This document shows, piece after piece, positions 52,723 to 64,000 of a stretch of DNA of 64,000 nt. Source of the DNA: Octopus vulgaris. Taxonomy: Eukaryota. Position 1 is the first letter of the stretch. Each line of letters starts with the position of its first letter. The stretch lies in the NCBI GenBank assembly GCA_951406725.2, contig OX597831.1, positions 32,426,001 through 32,490,000 on the forward strand, written 5' to 3'. The notes below the pieces were generated by a model that saw only the letters and a program-made list of their open reading frames with translations, made no database searches and was not told the DNA's origin. A program made the translations under genes and the position numbers.

Positions 52723-53124
52723 CAGTAGTTTTATTTTTATTTTTATAGCGTGCTTTCACTTCACTACCGAGCACAGCTCTGTGTGCCTTGGGTATGTGCT
52801 GTGATTTGTTGTGATGCTCTGATGGTTATTGTATGGAAAGTGTTCTGCGTAGGATGTGTGCAGTGCCCAGTAGTGCAATTTTCTGTATGTTATATGTGTT
52901 TGTAAGTCCTGGTGTTTTTGTTATGTATTTGTCTGAATATTTTTTTATCATGCCTAATGCACCTACTATGATAGGAATTGTTTCTGTTTTCAGATTCCAC
53001 ATTCTAGTTACCTCTATTTCCAGGTCTTTGTATTTTGAGAGTTTCTCCATTTCTTTTAGAGACACGTTGTCATCTGCCGGTACTGATACATCAATTAGAA
53101 AGCATTTTTTTTCTTCATGGTCTC

Positions 53125-53125
<1 letters not shown>
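52723..53125 (-). mobile_element. R4/Dong-like non-LTR 3' fragment (restriction-like endonuclease) in (TAA)n
   Basis: KKCFLIDVSVPADDNVSLKEMEKLSKYKDL...IPIIVGALG...IQKIALLGTAHILR, with (TTA)n on both sides. Confidence 0.8.
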
Positions 53126-53156
<31 letters not shown>

Positions 53157-53351
53157 GGAAAAAATTAAGTCTTGATATTGTATATGACTTGAGATGTTTG
53201 CTTTGCCTTAATGTTTGTTGTCCTCTTTAACAATTATATATCTGCTGCACCAGAAATCTACAATGACTCCTTAACTACCATCTTGGTTATAACCTTGGAG
53301 CCCTAGTAATCCATTACAGCACTTACCTAGCATACCTAATCGTTTAGATCA

Positions 53352-53900
53352 CATCATCATCATCATCGTCGTTTAATGTCCGCTTTCCATGCTGGCATGG
53401 GTTGGATGGTTTGACTGAGGACTAGCTAGCCAGAAGGCTGCACCAGGCTCCAATCTGATCTGGCAAAGTTTCTACAGCTGGTTGCCCTTCCTAACGCCAA
53501 CCACTCCGAGTCAGGCGATTCTGGCAACGACCACACTCAAAAGGTGTTTTTTTTATGTACTACCTGCATGGGAGTCAGTCTGGCGGTACTGGCAATGACC
53601 ACGCTCAAATGTTGTTTTCCATGTGCACTGGTACATGTGCTGGTAAGGTGAAGCTGGTAACAATCACACTCGAATAGTGCTTTTCACGTGCCACCGGCAC
53701 GGGAGCCAATCCGTGGCCCTGGCAACGATTATGCTCAGATATGCTTTTAATGTTCCACTGGCACAAGTGCCAATCAGGAGGTACTGTCATTGGCCACGTC
53801 AGCGATTTTGATTTTACTTGCCTCAATAGGTCTTTGCAAGCAAAGTTTATTGTCCAATGAATGAGGGGTATTCACAAGTGGGCTGGTTACACCCACTGGC
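53352..53900 (-). mobile_element. RTE LINE 3' UTR fragment
   Basis: (CAT)n tail, conserved terminus and repeated units. Confidence 0.8.
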
Positions 53901-54170
53901 CTGTAAACTAAACCCCCATATGCTGTACATCACTAATAGGTTAAAACTTAAAGCTCACTCACTCACACACACACACATATATATTCTTTGACAGATTTCA
54001 TGGCTCTTCTGATGAAACTATGATCTTCACCTACTTTATTTAATACACACACGCACATACACAACAAAGAAAAAAAAAAACCTGATTGTTTCTAAGTCAT
54101 TCTCATAGATCTTAATTATTATTCTTTTCTTCAGTCCAAGGTCGTTAAGAAAGAAGGAGGAAAGCTTTAA

Positions 54171-54390
54171 CCCTCTCACTACTGTATTTCTGTTGAGATG
54201 CTCTGTGTTTCTTTCAATTAATTTTAAATATAACAAAGGATTTAGTAAAATATCTTAGTTATCATTAAGCTAGTGTTAGGAACATAAATTGTGACTAAGG
54301 TTTGGGGGAAGATTTTAATTCATAACTTATGAAAACAAGATATTTGTTCTCAGAGCCAGAGGCGGTTTCAGCCGGGTTGGTAATGAAGGG
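54171..54390. mobile_element. piggyBac-like MITE, opposite orientation to 38111-38331
   Basis: TTAA ccctctcactac...gtaatgaaggg TTAA. Confidence 0.85.
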
Positions 54391-55061
54391 TTAAAAGTGT
54401 TTTGAATAAATTTGCCACATGAAATTCACAATGTCACAAAGCAAAACCACAGCAATTTACTTCAGTTGAGTGTCTGTGGTGTTCCTTGACAGGCCTGCTA
54501 GAAATGGCAGCCAAATTTCTTGAATCTTATGCCACTGTATCATCATCAACATCGTTTAACATCTGTCTCCCATGTTGGCATGAGTTTCATGGTTTGACAG
54601 GTACTGGTAAGGCTAGAGGACTGCACCAGGCTCCAGTCATCTGCTTCGGCATGGTTTCAACATCTGGATGCCCTTCCTAATGCCAACCACTTTACAGAGT
54701 GCGCTGGGTGCTTTTTACACAGCGCTGTCACCATTGCTTTTCATGGCCACCAAACATCTTGCAAGATAAAACTCCTCAGCTGGGAGCCAGTGGGATTAGT
54801 ATTGAGGGGGTGGGTGGGTGGTTTTGTACCAGTTGAGAGATTAATGGTTTGGAGCAGAGCTCCGCAACCAGTATGCTACAGTGCACTGGTGTGCCATGGG
54901 CCGATTCCAGGTGTGCCACAGTAAAACCCGAATATAATTTTTTTCCCCTATACTTTTTGTTTTATTTTTAGTTCAAAATGCTGCCAAATTTTGAATTTTG
55001 AAAAGAATTTGAAAATAATGTACTGCAAATGGAAAAAAGGTTGTGGAGCACTGGTATAGTG

Positions 55062-55318
55062 CAGTGTTTTGCTACCATTTGTTGTTTATGAATCCCTTCG
55101 ATTCCTATTTTACTCAAATGGAACCTCACAACCATTTTGTGTTTTAAAAGAATTCTATGATTCTTTTATCATTAAATATTATTAAGAATTGTATAAAAAA
55201 ATTTGTTTACATGTTTTGTGTATCGTAGAAGTATAAGCAATTTATTGCACATAAATTTTCACAACAAAATCTTATGTGGACCTTCAAGGGCCATATGGAC
55301 CCTGATTGAGAACTACTG
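55062..55318. mobile_element. hAT-like MITE
   Basis: cagtgtttt...gagaactactg ends. Related copy at ~61970-62211. Confidence 0.5.
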
Positions 55319-56771
55319 GTGTAGAGGGACAAGGATAGGGGTCTTGTTGGAGAGTAGATGCATGGATACCCGAGCTGGGAGAGAAAGGAGAGCATATTAG
55401 AGAGTAAGATAAAAAGAGTGGCTGAATACACACACAAACACACAAATACACATAATAGGCTTCCACAATCTTTCTGTTTACCAAATTTCACTCCCAAAGC
55501 ATTAGTTAGCCTGGAACAATAGTGGAAGACACTTGCCCTGCCAGAGCTGCTACATAGTGGGACTGAACCCAAAATCTCATGGTTACAAAGTGACCTTCTT
55601 AGCCACACAGCCATGCCTGCACCTGTGTGTGTGTGTGTGCAAATTTTGTTTTTTGTTTTTGCAAAACCATGTGCATATAAACGCAAGTTACAATCAAATC
55701 AAAACACAGAATTTCATCTTGAAAGCCTTAATTCTGCACAATGTTTCCTTTCCTGGTTGTAAAACGTGTGTGCATAAATGCAGAAGCTGCACAGCCTAGA
55801 GATGACACTGGTTACAACCAGGATATTCCTTCCTGTTATTTGTAGGATGCATCTGCAAGATATCACGGAACCTCCCCTCTGTTGATCCTGTCTCTTGTCG
55901 TTTGTGAATCCGAACATCAACAGATCCAACTTTACCATTTCTTCTGGTGTTCTTCCTCAATCATTCTCTATGATGAATGTCCTCCATCATCTGGACATCA
56001 CAAATAAAGGAAGGACATACACTAGACAATAGTGTCTGAGATTATTCTGTTTTTACAATGAGGGAACTCCTTGTAGAGACATATAATGTCTTTGACATAT
56101 CATTGACAACAGTGGATGACGACATCATTGACGTATTGACGTCATGTGGTGATAGCATTGACGACTTGTGATGATATCATTGACAATGTGGGATGACATA
56201 AATTGACAGTAAATGATGACATTATTGACAGCAATTGATAGCATCATCATCGTTTAATGTCCGCTTTCCATGCTGGCGTATGACTTTATTGACAGCACTT
56301 GTTGACATTAGTGACAGCATATGATGACATGCTTCACAATATATCTTCACCCAGCAATTATCCTTCCACCTGTTCATCCATCCATCCTCATCACATGTCC
56401 TTGCAAGTTTAGCTACCTCTCCTGTCCTCCCTGGTCAATATTAGCACCACCTGACCAAACCCTTTGTCCATTCGTTCCCCCCACCTCATACATTCCATTT
56501 AGGATGACATCACATGACCCCTCTATCACTTATATTCCACTCACCATTTCTGTCCCACCTCCTCCATTTCAATACCTCCATGTTTCACTACTATACAGCA
56601 TGAAACATGCAGCTTGCATTAGACAACTCAAACCATGGAACACAATAAGACGTGGTGGTAGTGGTAGGGATGGGGAAGACAGTAACGGTAGGACAGACAG
56701 AGAGAGAGGACACAGCTAGGGTTGGGGTGATTTAGCAGTTACACATGAAAGAAATGACCTTCAATTTACTG

Positions 56772-57133
56772 TTGTTGTTTGTTTGTTTGTTGAGCGCCTG
56801 GGAGAAGTCCGAAGTGTGGTCCTTTGTTATTCATAAGACCCGCAGAAGAGAAAGCAGGTCAACCCCCGACATCGAGAGCATCGACGGATGGATGAATGTG
56901 CATCCAGGCTCAGCAGTTGCGTAGGAAGTCAGGGACAAGAAACAGGAAGAAAGAGTGAGAGAAATTGTGGGGCGAAAGAGCACAACAGGGGTCGCCACCA
57001 CCCCCTGCCGGAGCCTCGTGGAGCTTTAGGTATTTTCGCTCAATAAACACACACAACACCCGGTCTGGGGATCGAAACCGCGATCCTCCGACTGCGAGTC
57101 CGCTGCCCTAACCACTGGGCCATTGCACCTCCA
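56772..57133 (-). mobile_element. full-length tRNA-derived SINE family D
   Basis: Head tggcccagtggttagggcagcggactcgcagtcggaggatcgcggtttcgatcc (A and B boxes) and an (AAAC)n tail. Confidence 0.8.
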
Positions 57134-57139
57134 CTTTGC

Positions 57140-57385
57140 TGTTGTTGTTCAACCTCATATCAGCTGCGAACAAGCTGACCTATGATCAAAGACATTCCAA
57201 CTGTGACTATCCTTTAATTTATTCAGATGTAGCATATCTTAGAGTACATTCGTTATCTGTTAGATAATCTATTAGTGTAATCTGAGATACACCATGTCTG
57301 AATAAAATATGGGATGGTCACAGTTGGAGTGTTTTTGATCATAGGTCTGCTGGTTCATAGCTGACCTTGAATTAAATGACAGCAA
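57140..57385. repeat. inverted pair of a dispersed repeat
   Basis: gacctatgatcaaagacattccaactgtgac and its reverse complement. Family also seen at ~7650, 31490, 60600 and 62280. Confidence 0.65.
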
Positions 57386-57584
57386 TCACAAGGAAGGACA
57401 CATAGTGTATCTTGGACTACATTAATTAATGTGTTCCTTTTTTGTAATTTGGCTGTTTAACCCTAGGTCAGCTGTTAACCAAAAAACCTAGGATCAAAGA
57501 CTTACCAGCTCATAGTTTATTCAGACATATATATGTATGTGTCTATGTGTACACCCATATGTATATATACACATACATTTACAT

Positions 57585-57688
<104 letters not shown>

Positions 57689-57705
57689 ACACATATATAT
57701 AAGAT

Positions 57706-58025
57706 ACCCGTGCCGGTGACACGTTAAAAGCATCATCTGAACGTGGCAGATGCCAGCGCTGCCTGACTGGCATCCGTGTCGGTGACACATAAAAGCACCA
57801 ACTGATCGTGGCCGTTTGCCAGCCTCCTCTGGCCCCTGTGTCAGTGACACATAAAAAGCACCCACTACACTCACGGAGTGGTTGGCGTTAGGAAGGGCAT
57901 CCAGCTGTAGAAACACTGCCAGATCAGATTGGAGCCTGGTGCAGCCTCCTGGCTTCCCAGACCCTGGTGAACCGTCCAACCCATGCTAGCATGGAAAACA
58001 GAGGTTAAACGATGATGATGATGAT

Positions 58026-58026
<1 letters not shown>
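57706..58026 (+). mobile_element. RTE LINE 3' UTR fragment
   Basis: Three hairpin units, conserved terminus and (GAT)n tail. Confidence 0.8.
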
Positions 58027-58064
<38 letters not shown>

Positions 58065-60930
58065 GGAGGAAAAAAGTTCCTTCAAAGGGATGTAAAACAT
58101 CCAATTCATTGGTACAACAGTTGAATCCCACTGATGTCAATGGGGAGCCGACTCCCCATTGACATCAGCTTCTATGGCTTCCCATCTGTATTAGTGCAGC
58201 ATCTCCTGCAGAAAATAGGTGTGGAACCCAGACAACGGAAGAAAGCCATCAAGGAAATAGGAACGACAGCAGATGTTAGCTCATGATGTCAATGATTTAT
58301 AAGAGAGCACAAGTGGATTCTTTTGTAGATGATGACTAGTTCAGTCTTTGCTGCACCCACTCAGCTGAAGTGTACAAGCTGTGGGTGAAACGCTTGTCAT
58401 TCAGAGATGCCTATTGATGATATGGAAGCCTTTTCCAGCATTGCAATGGATTTTAGAAGAGACCGCAAAACCTCTGAGTAGCTGCTGTAGTTTCTGCATG
58501 GAGAAAAGTATATATATGTATCTATGTACACACACACACATACGTTTGCCTGAATGTGTAGGTGTTCCCTGGCATTTCATTTCGTTGGTCGCAGTATCAG
58601 TTGATGCTTCACCAGGCGCCACCCTTTAAATATATAAAGACGACATCTTGAACAATATGTCGGTCACTAAATTAACTGTAATTTGGAACTTGCTGACATT
58701 AAATGGTTTGTTTCTGTCCTGTTTTTTTTTTCCTCTCTCCTTATATAACCAGAGTTTGGATAAAAAAATACATATTGTATAACTTTCATTTACATTACAC
58801 ACACATACAGAGCGCATACTTTCATACATATATATATAATATATGTATAATATATTCTTTTATTTGTTTCAGTCATTAGACTGTGGCCATGCTGGAGCAC
58901 CACCTTGAAGGATTTTAGTCGAATGAATCAACCCCAGAACTTTTTTTTAAAGCCTGGTTCTTATTCTAGCAGTCTCTTTTGTCAAACATCTGTTAAATTA
59001 AGGGGATGTAAACACACCCACACCGGTTGTCAAGCAGTTGTGGAAGACAAACACACACACACAAACACACATACACACATATACATATACGATGGGTTTC
59101 TTTCAGTTTCTATCTGCTGAATCTGTTCACAAGGCTTTGGTTGACCTGGGGCTGTTGTAGAAGACATTTGCCCAAGGTGCCATGCAGTAGGACTGAACCC
59201 AGAACCATGTGGTTGGGAAGCAAGCTTCTTACCACACAGCCATGCCTGTGTGGCTTGGTTTTTGTGTTTGGTTTGCAAGATTCTTGATGCGAATTTATTT
59301 GTTCAAGACACAAGATATACATGTAATATAGATGTTAAGCATGGCTGTGGAGTAAGAAGTCTACTTCCCAACCACATGGTTCTGGGTTCAGTCCCACTCT
59401 GTGGCACCTTAGGCAAGTGTCTTCTACTATAGCCTCAGGCTGACCAAAGCCTTGTGAGTGGATTTGGTAGATGGAAACTGAAAGAAGCCCATCGAATATG
59501 TGTGTATGTGTGTGTCCTACCACCACTTGTCAACTGATGTTTTTATGTGCCTGTAACTTAGCAGTTTGCCGTTAGAGACTGATAGAATAAATACCAGTCT
59601 TTTGAAAAAAGTGGTAAGTATTGGGGTTGACCCATTCGTCTAAAATTCCAGGCTGTGCCCCAGCATGGCCACAGAGTAATGACTGAAATAACTGAAAGAA
59701 TATATGTGTATATAATACCTGACGATAGTGATGGTGATGATGACGATGATGGTGGTGGTGGTGGTGGTGGTGGCAGTGGTAGTGGTGATGACAATGATGG
59801 TGATGGTGGCGGTGGTGGTTGGTAGTGGTGAAGATGATAATGACGACAACGACATGATGATGAATACCCAAACTAGAGTAATTCCTTCTTTTTTTTTTGT
59901 CTGAAACTACCAGAAGAATATCATTTAGTTTAACTTCCCCACCCAGCCTCCGTGAAAGCATGTACCCTTATGTCAAAATTTCAGCTACCTGTGTACAAGA
60001 CTGTCGGTCTACAACTCGGAACATACTTACGTTTACTTTGTGGTATTTGTTGTGATTCTTTACGCTCTGAGTTCAAATCCTGTTGAAGTCCACAGGATAA
60101 AGTAAAGTACAAGTAAAGTACAGGGGTCAGTGGTTTTATTGATTAACCTCCTCTCCTGAAAAATAATGGCATTGTACTGAAATCAGGGACCAGGTGTCCA
60201 GGACACACACACATGCCCTCTCCACTCAACTGGATGCCTCTTCCTCCTCCTCTTTTTGATATCTTTTCATTTTTATCTCCTCATCTCCCTTCTTCCACAC
60301 ATTACCCCACTACCTCTTCCTCCTCCTCTCATCCCCCTTCTCCTCCTCTTTGTTTCAACTCCTTTCTCTCCTTTTTATATTCTCCCACTTGTCCCCTTCA
60401 TTTTCTATTTACTGCCTCCTACTGTCACTCACACCTCCCCCTCCTACAACAAAGCACCCCACTCCCTTTTATTACCTGATGATCTCATTAACAGGTTTCA
60501 CTGCCTGTCCCCTGTCTGCCCCCTGTCTGTCCCCTTTTTGAACTATACCTTTACTACTGCTATTATTACTCTTTGACTCCATGTTAGCCTTGATAGAGGC
60601 GACCTACATGAACATAGACATTCCAACACTGACCGACCCATCTGTTTCATTTCAGACGTAGCATAATGTATTTGTGTACCTTGGATTACATTATACTATG
60701 TCCTTTTATTTACATAGTACAATAAGGCTGTTGTTTGAAGGTGATTTGGCTACCATTTCTAGCATGTCAGACAACTCATCAGAGGTTCACTTACTGTTGT
60801 GCATGTGTGTGTGTGTGTATGATGGGGGACAGATAAGGGAGAGGAATGGGGGGGTCTCCTTCGCTCCCCTCAGCCCCTCACTCTTCTGCTTTAATTAATG
60901 GCTGGCTTTAGGATTATTATTCCTCTAAAT

Positions 60931-61892
60931 CAGGAGTCTCCAAAGTGGTCAATATCAACCCCGGATCTTTTCCTTTTGATGGGTGGAATTTTCTAGTTAA
61001 CTAAACAATTTGAAACTTCGTATACTGGTAGAATGTGTCAAAAGAAAACAATATTGTAAACAAAATTGTAATTTGTGAGTTTAACGTAGTTTAATTCTTC
61101 GAATTTTAACCAATGAAATGCCAGCATTTGAGCTCAAATTATTTGCTGCGTTATCGATATTGATAAACAAACATAGCAGACGCACGTCACACACACACAT
61201 ATATTCAGATACATACACACGTACACTTGCACACACACACACAATCTCTGACACATTCTACCAGTATACATCATCATCATCATCATCATCATCCGTTTTC
61301 TGCGCTAGCACGGGTTGGACGGTTCGACCGGGGTCTGGGAAGCCAGGGGCTGCTCCAGGTCCAGTCTGATCTGGCAGAGTTTCTGCGGCTGGATGCCCTT
61401 CCTAATGCCAACCACTCCGCGAGTGTAGTGGGTGCTTTTTACGTGCCACCTGCACAGGTGTCGGGGGGGGGGGCCCGGCATCGTCCACGATTGGTTGGAG
61501 CTTTTAACATGCCAGCGGCACCGAAGCCAGCCAAGGTGGCGCTGGCAACGTTCGGATGGTGCTTTTTATGTGCCACCGGCACAGAAGCCAGTCGGGGCGG
61601 CGCTGGCATCGGCCACGTTCGGATGGTACTTTTTATGTGCCACCGGCACAGAAGCCAGTTGCGGCGGCGCTGGCATCGAAGTTTCAAATTGTTTAGTTAA
61701 CTAGAAAATTCCATCCATCAAAAGGAAAAGATCCTCGACCCCTGGGGTCGATAAATTCATATCTACTTAATTATTATTATTATTTATTTATTTCCTTGTA
61801 CATGCCTGGTGGTGGTGGCGGGAGTTGATGAGGAGGCGGGGGTCAAGGATTCCATGAAGGGTTCAATGATCTAAAAAGTTTGGGGACCCCTA
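60931..61892. mobile_element. hAT-like MITE hosting nested elements
   Basis: caggagtctccaaagt / agtttggggaccccta with a perfect 8-bp TSD ctctaaat. Confidence 0.75.
60963..61734. mobile_element. Merlin-like MITE containing an RTE tail (61270-61677)
   Basis: ~58-bp TIRs beginning ggatcttttccttttga. TSD tcaacccc / tcgacccc. Confidence 0.85.
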
Positions 61893-62372
61893 CTCTAAAT
61901 ACTACTGCAAGGACTCAACTAAGGGAGACTGACACCTGCTAGATATAACAGCCAAACTTCCTTCAAATCCTGTGGTTTCCAACTATTTTCCCCCCTATGG
62001 ACCACTTTGACTCCTTTTTCATTCAGATGGGCCCTCCTAACCATTCAATATTTAAAAAACTCTGTTTTCATAATTAGATGTTAGGAATTTCATCAGAAAA
62101 TTGTCAAAATATTTTGTGTAGAAATGTAACCAATTTATTGCAGATACATGTTAACCATAAGATCTTAAATGGAACCCCAAAGGATCACGTGGACCCTGGT
62201 TGAGAACTACTCATCTGTAGTTTCGAGCAAGGTAGAACACATTTGATGGTGTAGTCCTAGGTACACAAGATCTGAAAACAAGAAAGGATGGTCGTGCCTG
62301 GAACGCCTCTGATCATAGGCTTCTTCAATCAGGGTTGAATTGGGGACCACCACCACCATCACCACCACCACC

Positions 62373-62411
<39 letters not shown>

Positions 62412-63561
62412 GCTACTACTGCTGCTGCCCCTCCTCCTCCTCCTCCTCCTACTACTACTACTGCTACTGCTACTGCTGCTACTGCTAGAGAGAGAAAACC
62501 ATTCACTGGTAGCAGCAGAAGCACCCCATCACCACAATTGTCACTGTCGCCACCTCCACCACCTTCTCAGTAACTGCTATCATCAACACCTCCCTCTAAC
62601 CTCCCCCATTAACTAGAGCATCACTATGTACCCCCTCCTTCCTTCTGCCATTTCATTCACCTCCTTCTCCCCCTTGCTACACACATTAACTAGGTAATTG
62701 ACAATGTGTGAACTTTCACTTTTTCTCACACACACACACACACACACACACATACCTTTTATCTTTTACTTGTTTTGGTTTTTAGGCTGCGGCCATGCTG
62801 GGGCACCACCTTGAAAATTTTCTTTCACTCAAATGAATTGACACCTGGTACTTATTCTATCAGGCTCTTTTGCTGAACTGCTAAGTCAGAAGGACCCAAG
62901 CACACCAATATTGGTTGTCGAGTAGTGGTTGCGGACAGACACACACATGTATATACACGATGGGCTTCTTTCAGTTTCCTTCTACCAAATGCATTCACAA
63001 AGCTTTGATCAGCCCAGGGCTATAGTAGAAGACATTTGCCTGAGGTGCCATGCAGTGGGACTGAACTTGGAACCATGTGATTGGGAAGCAAATATATTTG
63101 TGTGTGTGTGTGTATGTGTGTATAAATGTGTTTGCTTGTAGGCGTAGGCATGGCTGTGTGGAAAGAAGCTTGCTTTCCAACTACATACTTCAGAGTTCAG
63201 TCCCACCGTGTGGCGCTTTGGGCAAGTGTCTTCTACTTTAGCTCAGGCTGACCAAAGGCTGACCAAAGCCTTGTGAGTGGATTTGGTAGATGGAAACTGA
63301 AAGAAACCTGTCGTATATATATATATATATTATATATATATATATGTGTGTGTGTATGTTTGCGTGTCTTTGTTTGTTTCCCCACCATCGCTTGACAACC
63401 AATGTTGGTGTGTTTACGTCCCTATAACTTAGCAGTTCAGCAAAAGAGACTGATAGAATAAGTACTAGACTTACAAAGAATATGTCCTATGGTTGATTTT
63501 TTCGACTAAAGGCTGATTCAGTCATATGGCTGAATCAAGTAAAAGAATAAAAGAATTTATA

Positions 63562-63958
63562 CAGGAGTGGCTGTGTGGTAAGTAGCTTGTTTACCAACCA
63601 CATGGTTCCGGGTTCAGTCCCACTGCATGGCACCTTGGGCAAGTGTCTTCTACTATAGCCTCGGACCGACCAAAGCCTTGTGAGTGGATTTGGTAGACGG
63701 AAACTGGAAGAAGCCTGTCGTATATATGTATATATATATATGTATGTGTGTATATGTTTGTGTGTCTGTGTTTGTCCCCCCTAACATCGCTTGACAACCG
63801 ATGCTGGTGTGTTTACGTCCCTGTGACTTAGCGGTTCGGCAAAAGAGACCAATAGAATAAGTACTAGGCTTACAAAGAATAAGTCCTGGGGTCGATTTGC
63901 TCGACTAAAGGTGGTGCTCCAGCATGGCCACAGTCAAATGACTGAAACAAGTAAAAGA
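63562..63958 (+). mobile_element. full-length SINE family A (reference copy; another at 63139-63550)
   Basis: tRNA-like head tggctgtgtggtaag...gggttcagtccc, CORE-like ccttgggcaagt, internal TA/TG repeat and A-rich tail. Confidence 0.9.
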
Positions 63959-64000
63959 GAAAAGAGAGAAAGAGAAAGATATATACATACATGCATACAT

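Noticed and set aside
55714-56010. Unique coding-looking stretch
   Set aside because: No frame gives both good splice sites and a recognisable protein.
57706-57865. Repeat-spacer pattern resembling a CRISPR array
   Set aside because: The spacers are related to each other, the units belong to the RTE 3' UTR, the context is eukaryotic and there are no cas genes.

Overview
Eukaryotic, AT-rich, repeat-saturated DNA with no intact protein-coding gene. The SINE/LINE repertoire and (TA)n/(CA)n/(CAT)n/(GATA)n density suggest a cephalopod such as Octopus (my inference). Most predicted ORFs are microsatellite artefacts. Supportable content: many tRNA-derived SINEs, RTE-type LINE fragments, CR1/L2 and restriction-like-endonuclease LINE remnants, a decayed Penelope-like element (RT + GIY-YIG), decayed mariner and maT-like transposons, piggyBac-, hAT- and Merlin-like MITEs, a solo LTR, a tRNA-Phe pseudogene and a weak candidate first exon at 30388. 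The most striking signal is a set of type I hammerhead ribozyme (HHR) motifs from about seven unrelated sequence families. They lie mostly in short (TA)n-embedded or fold-back elements, and one lies in the 3' region of the Penelope-like element. They include a G3:C8 compensatory core variant, long stem-II-loop variants and a ~200-bp HHR-only element present in three copies. All folds were read by eye and none is computationally or experimentally validated.
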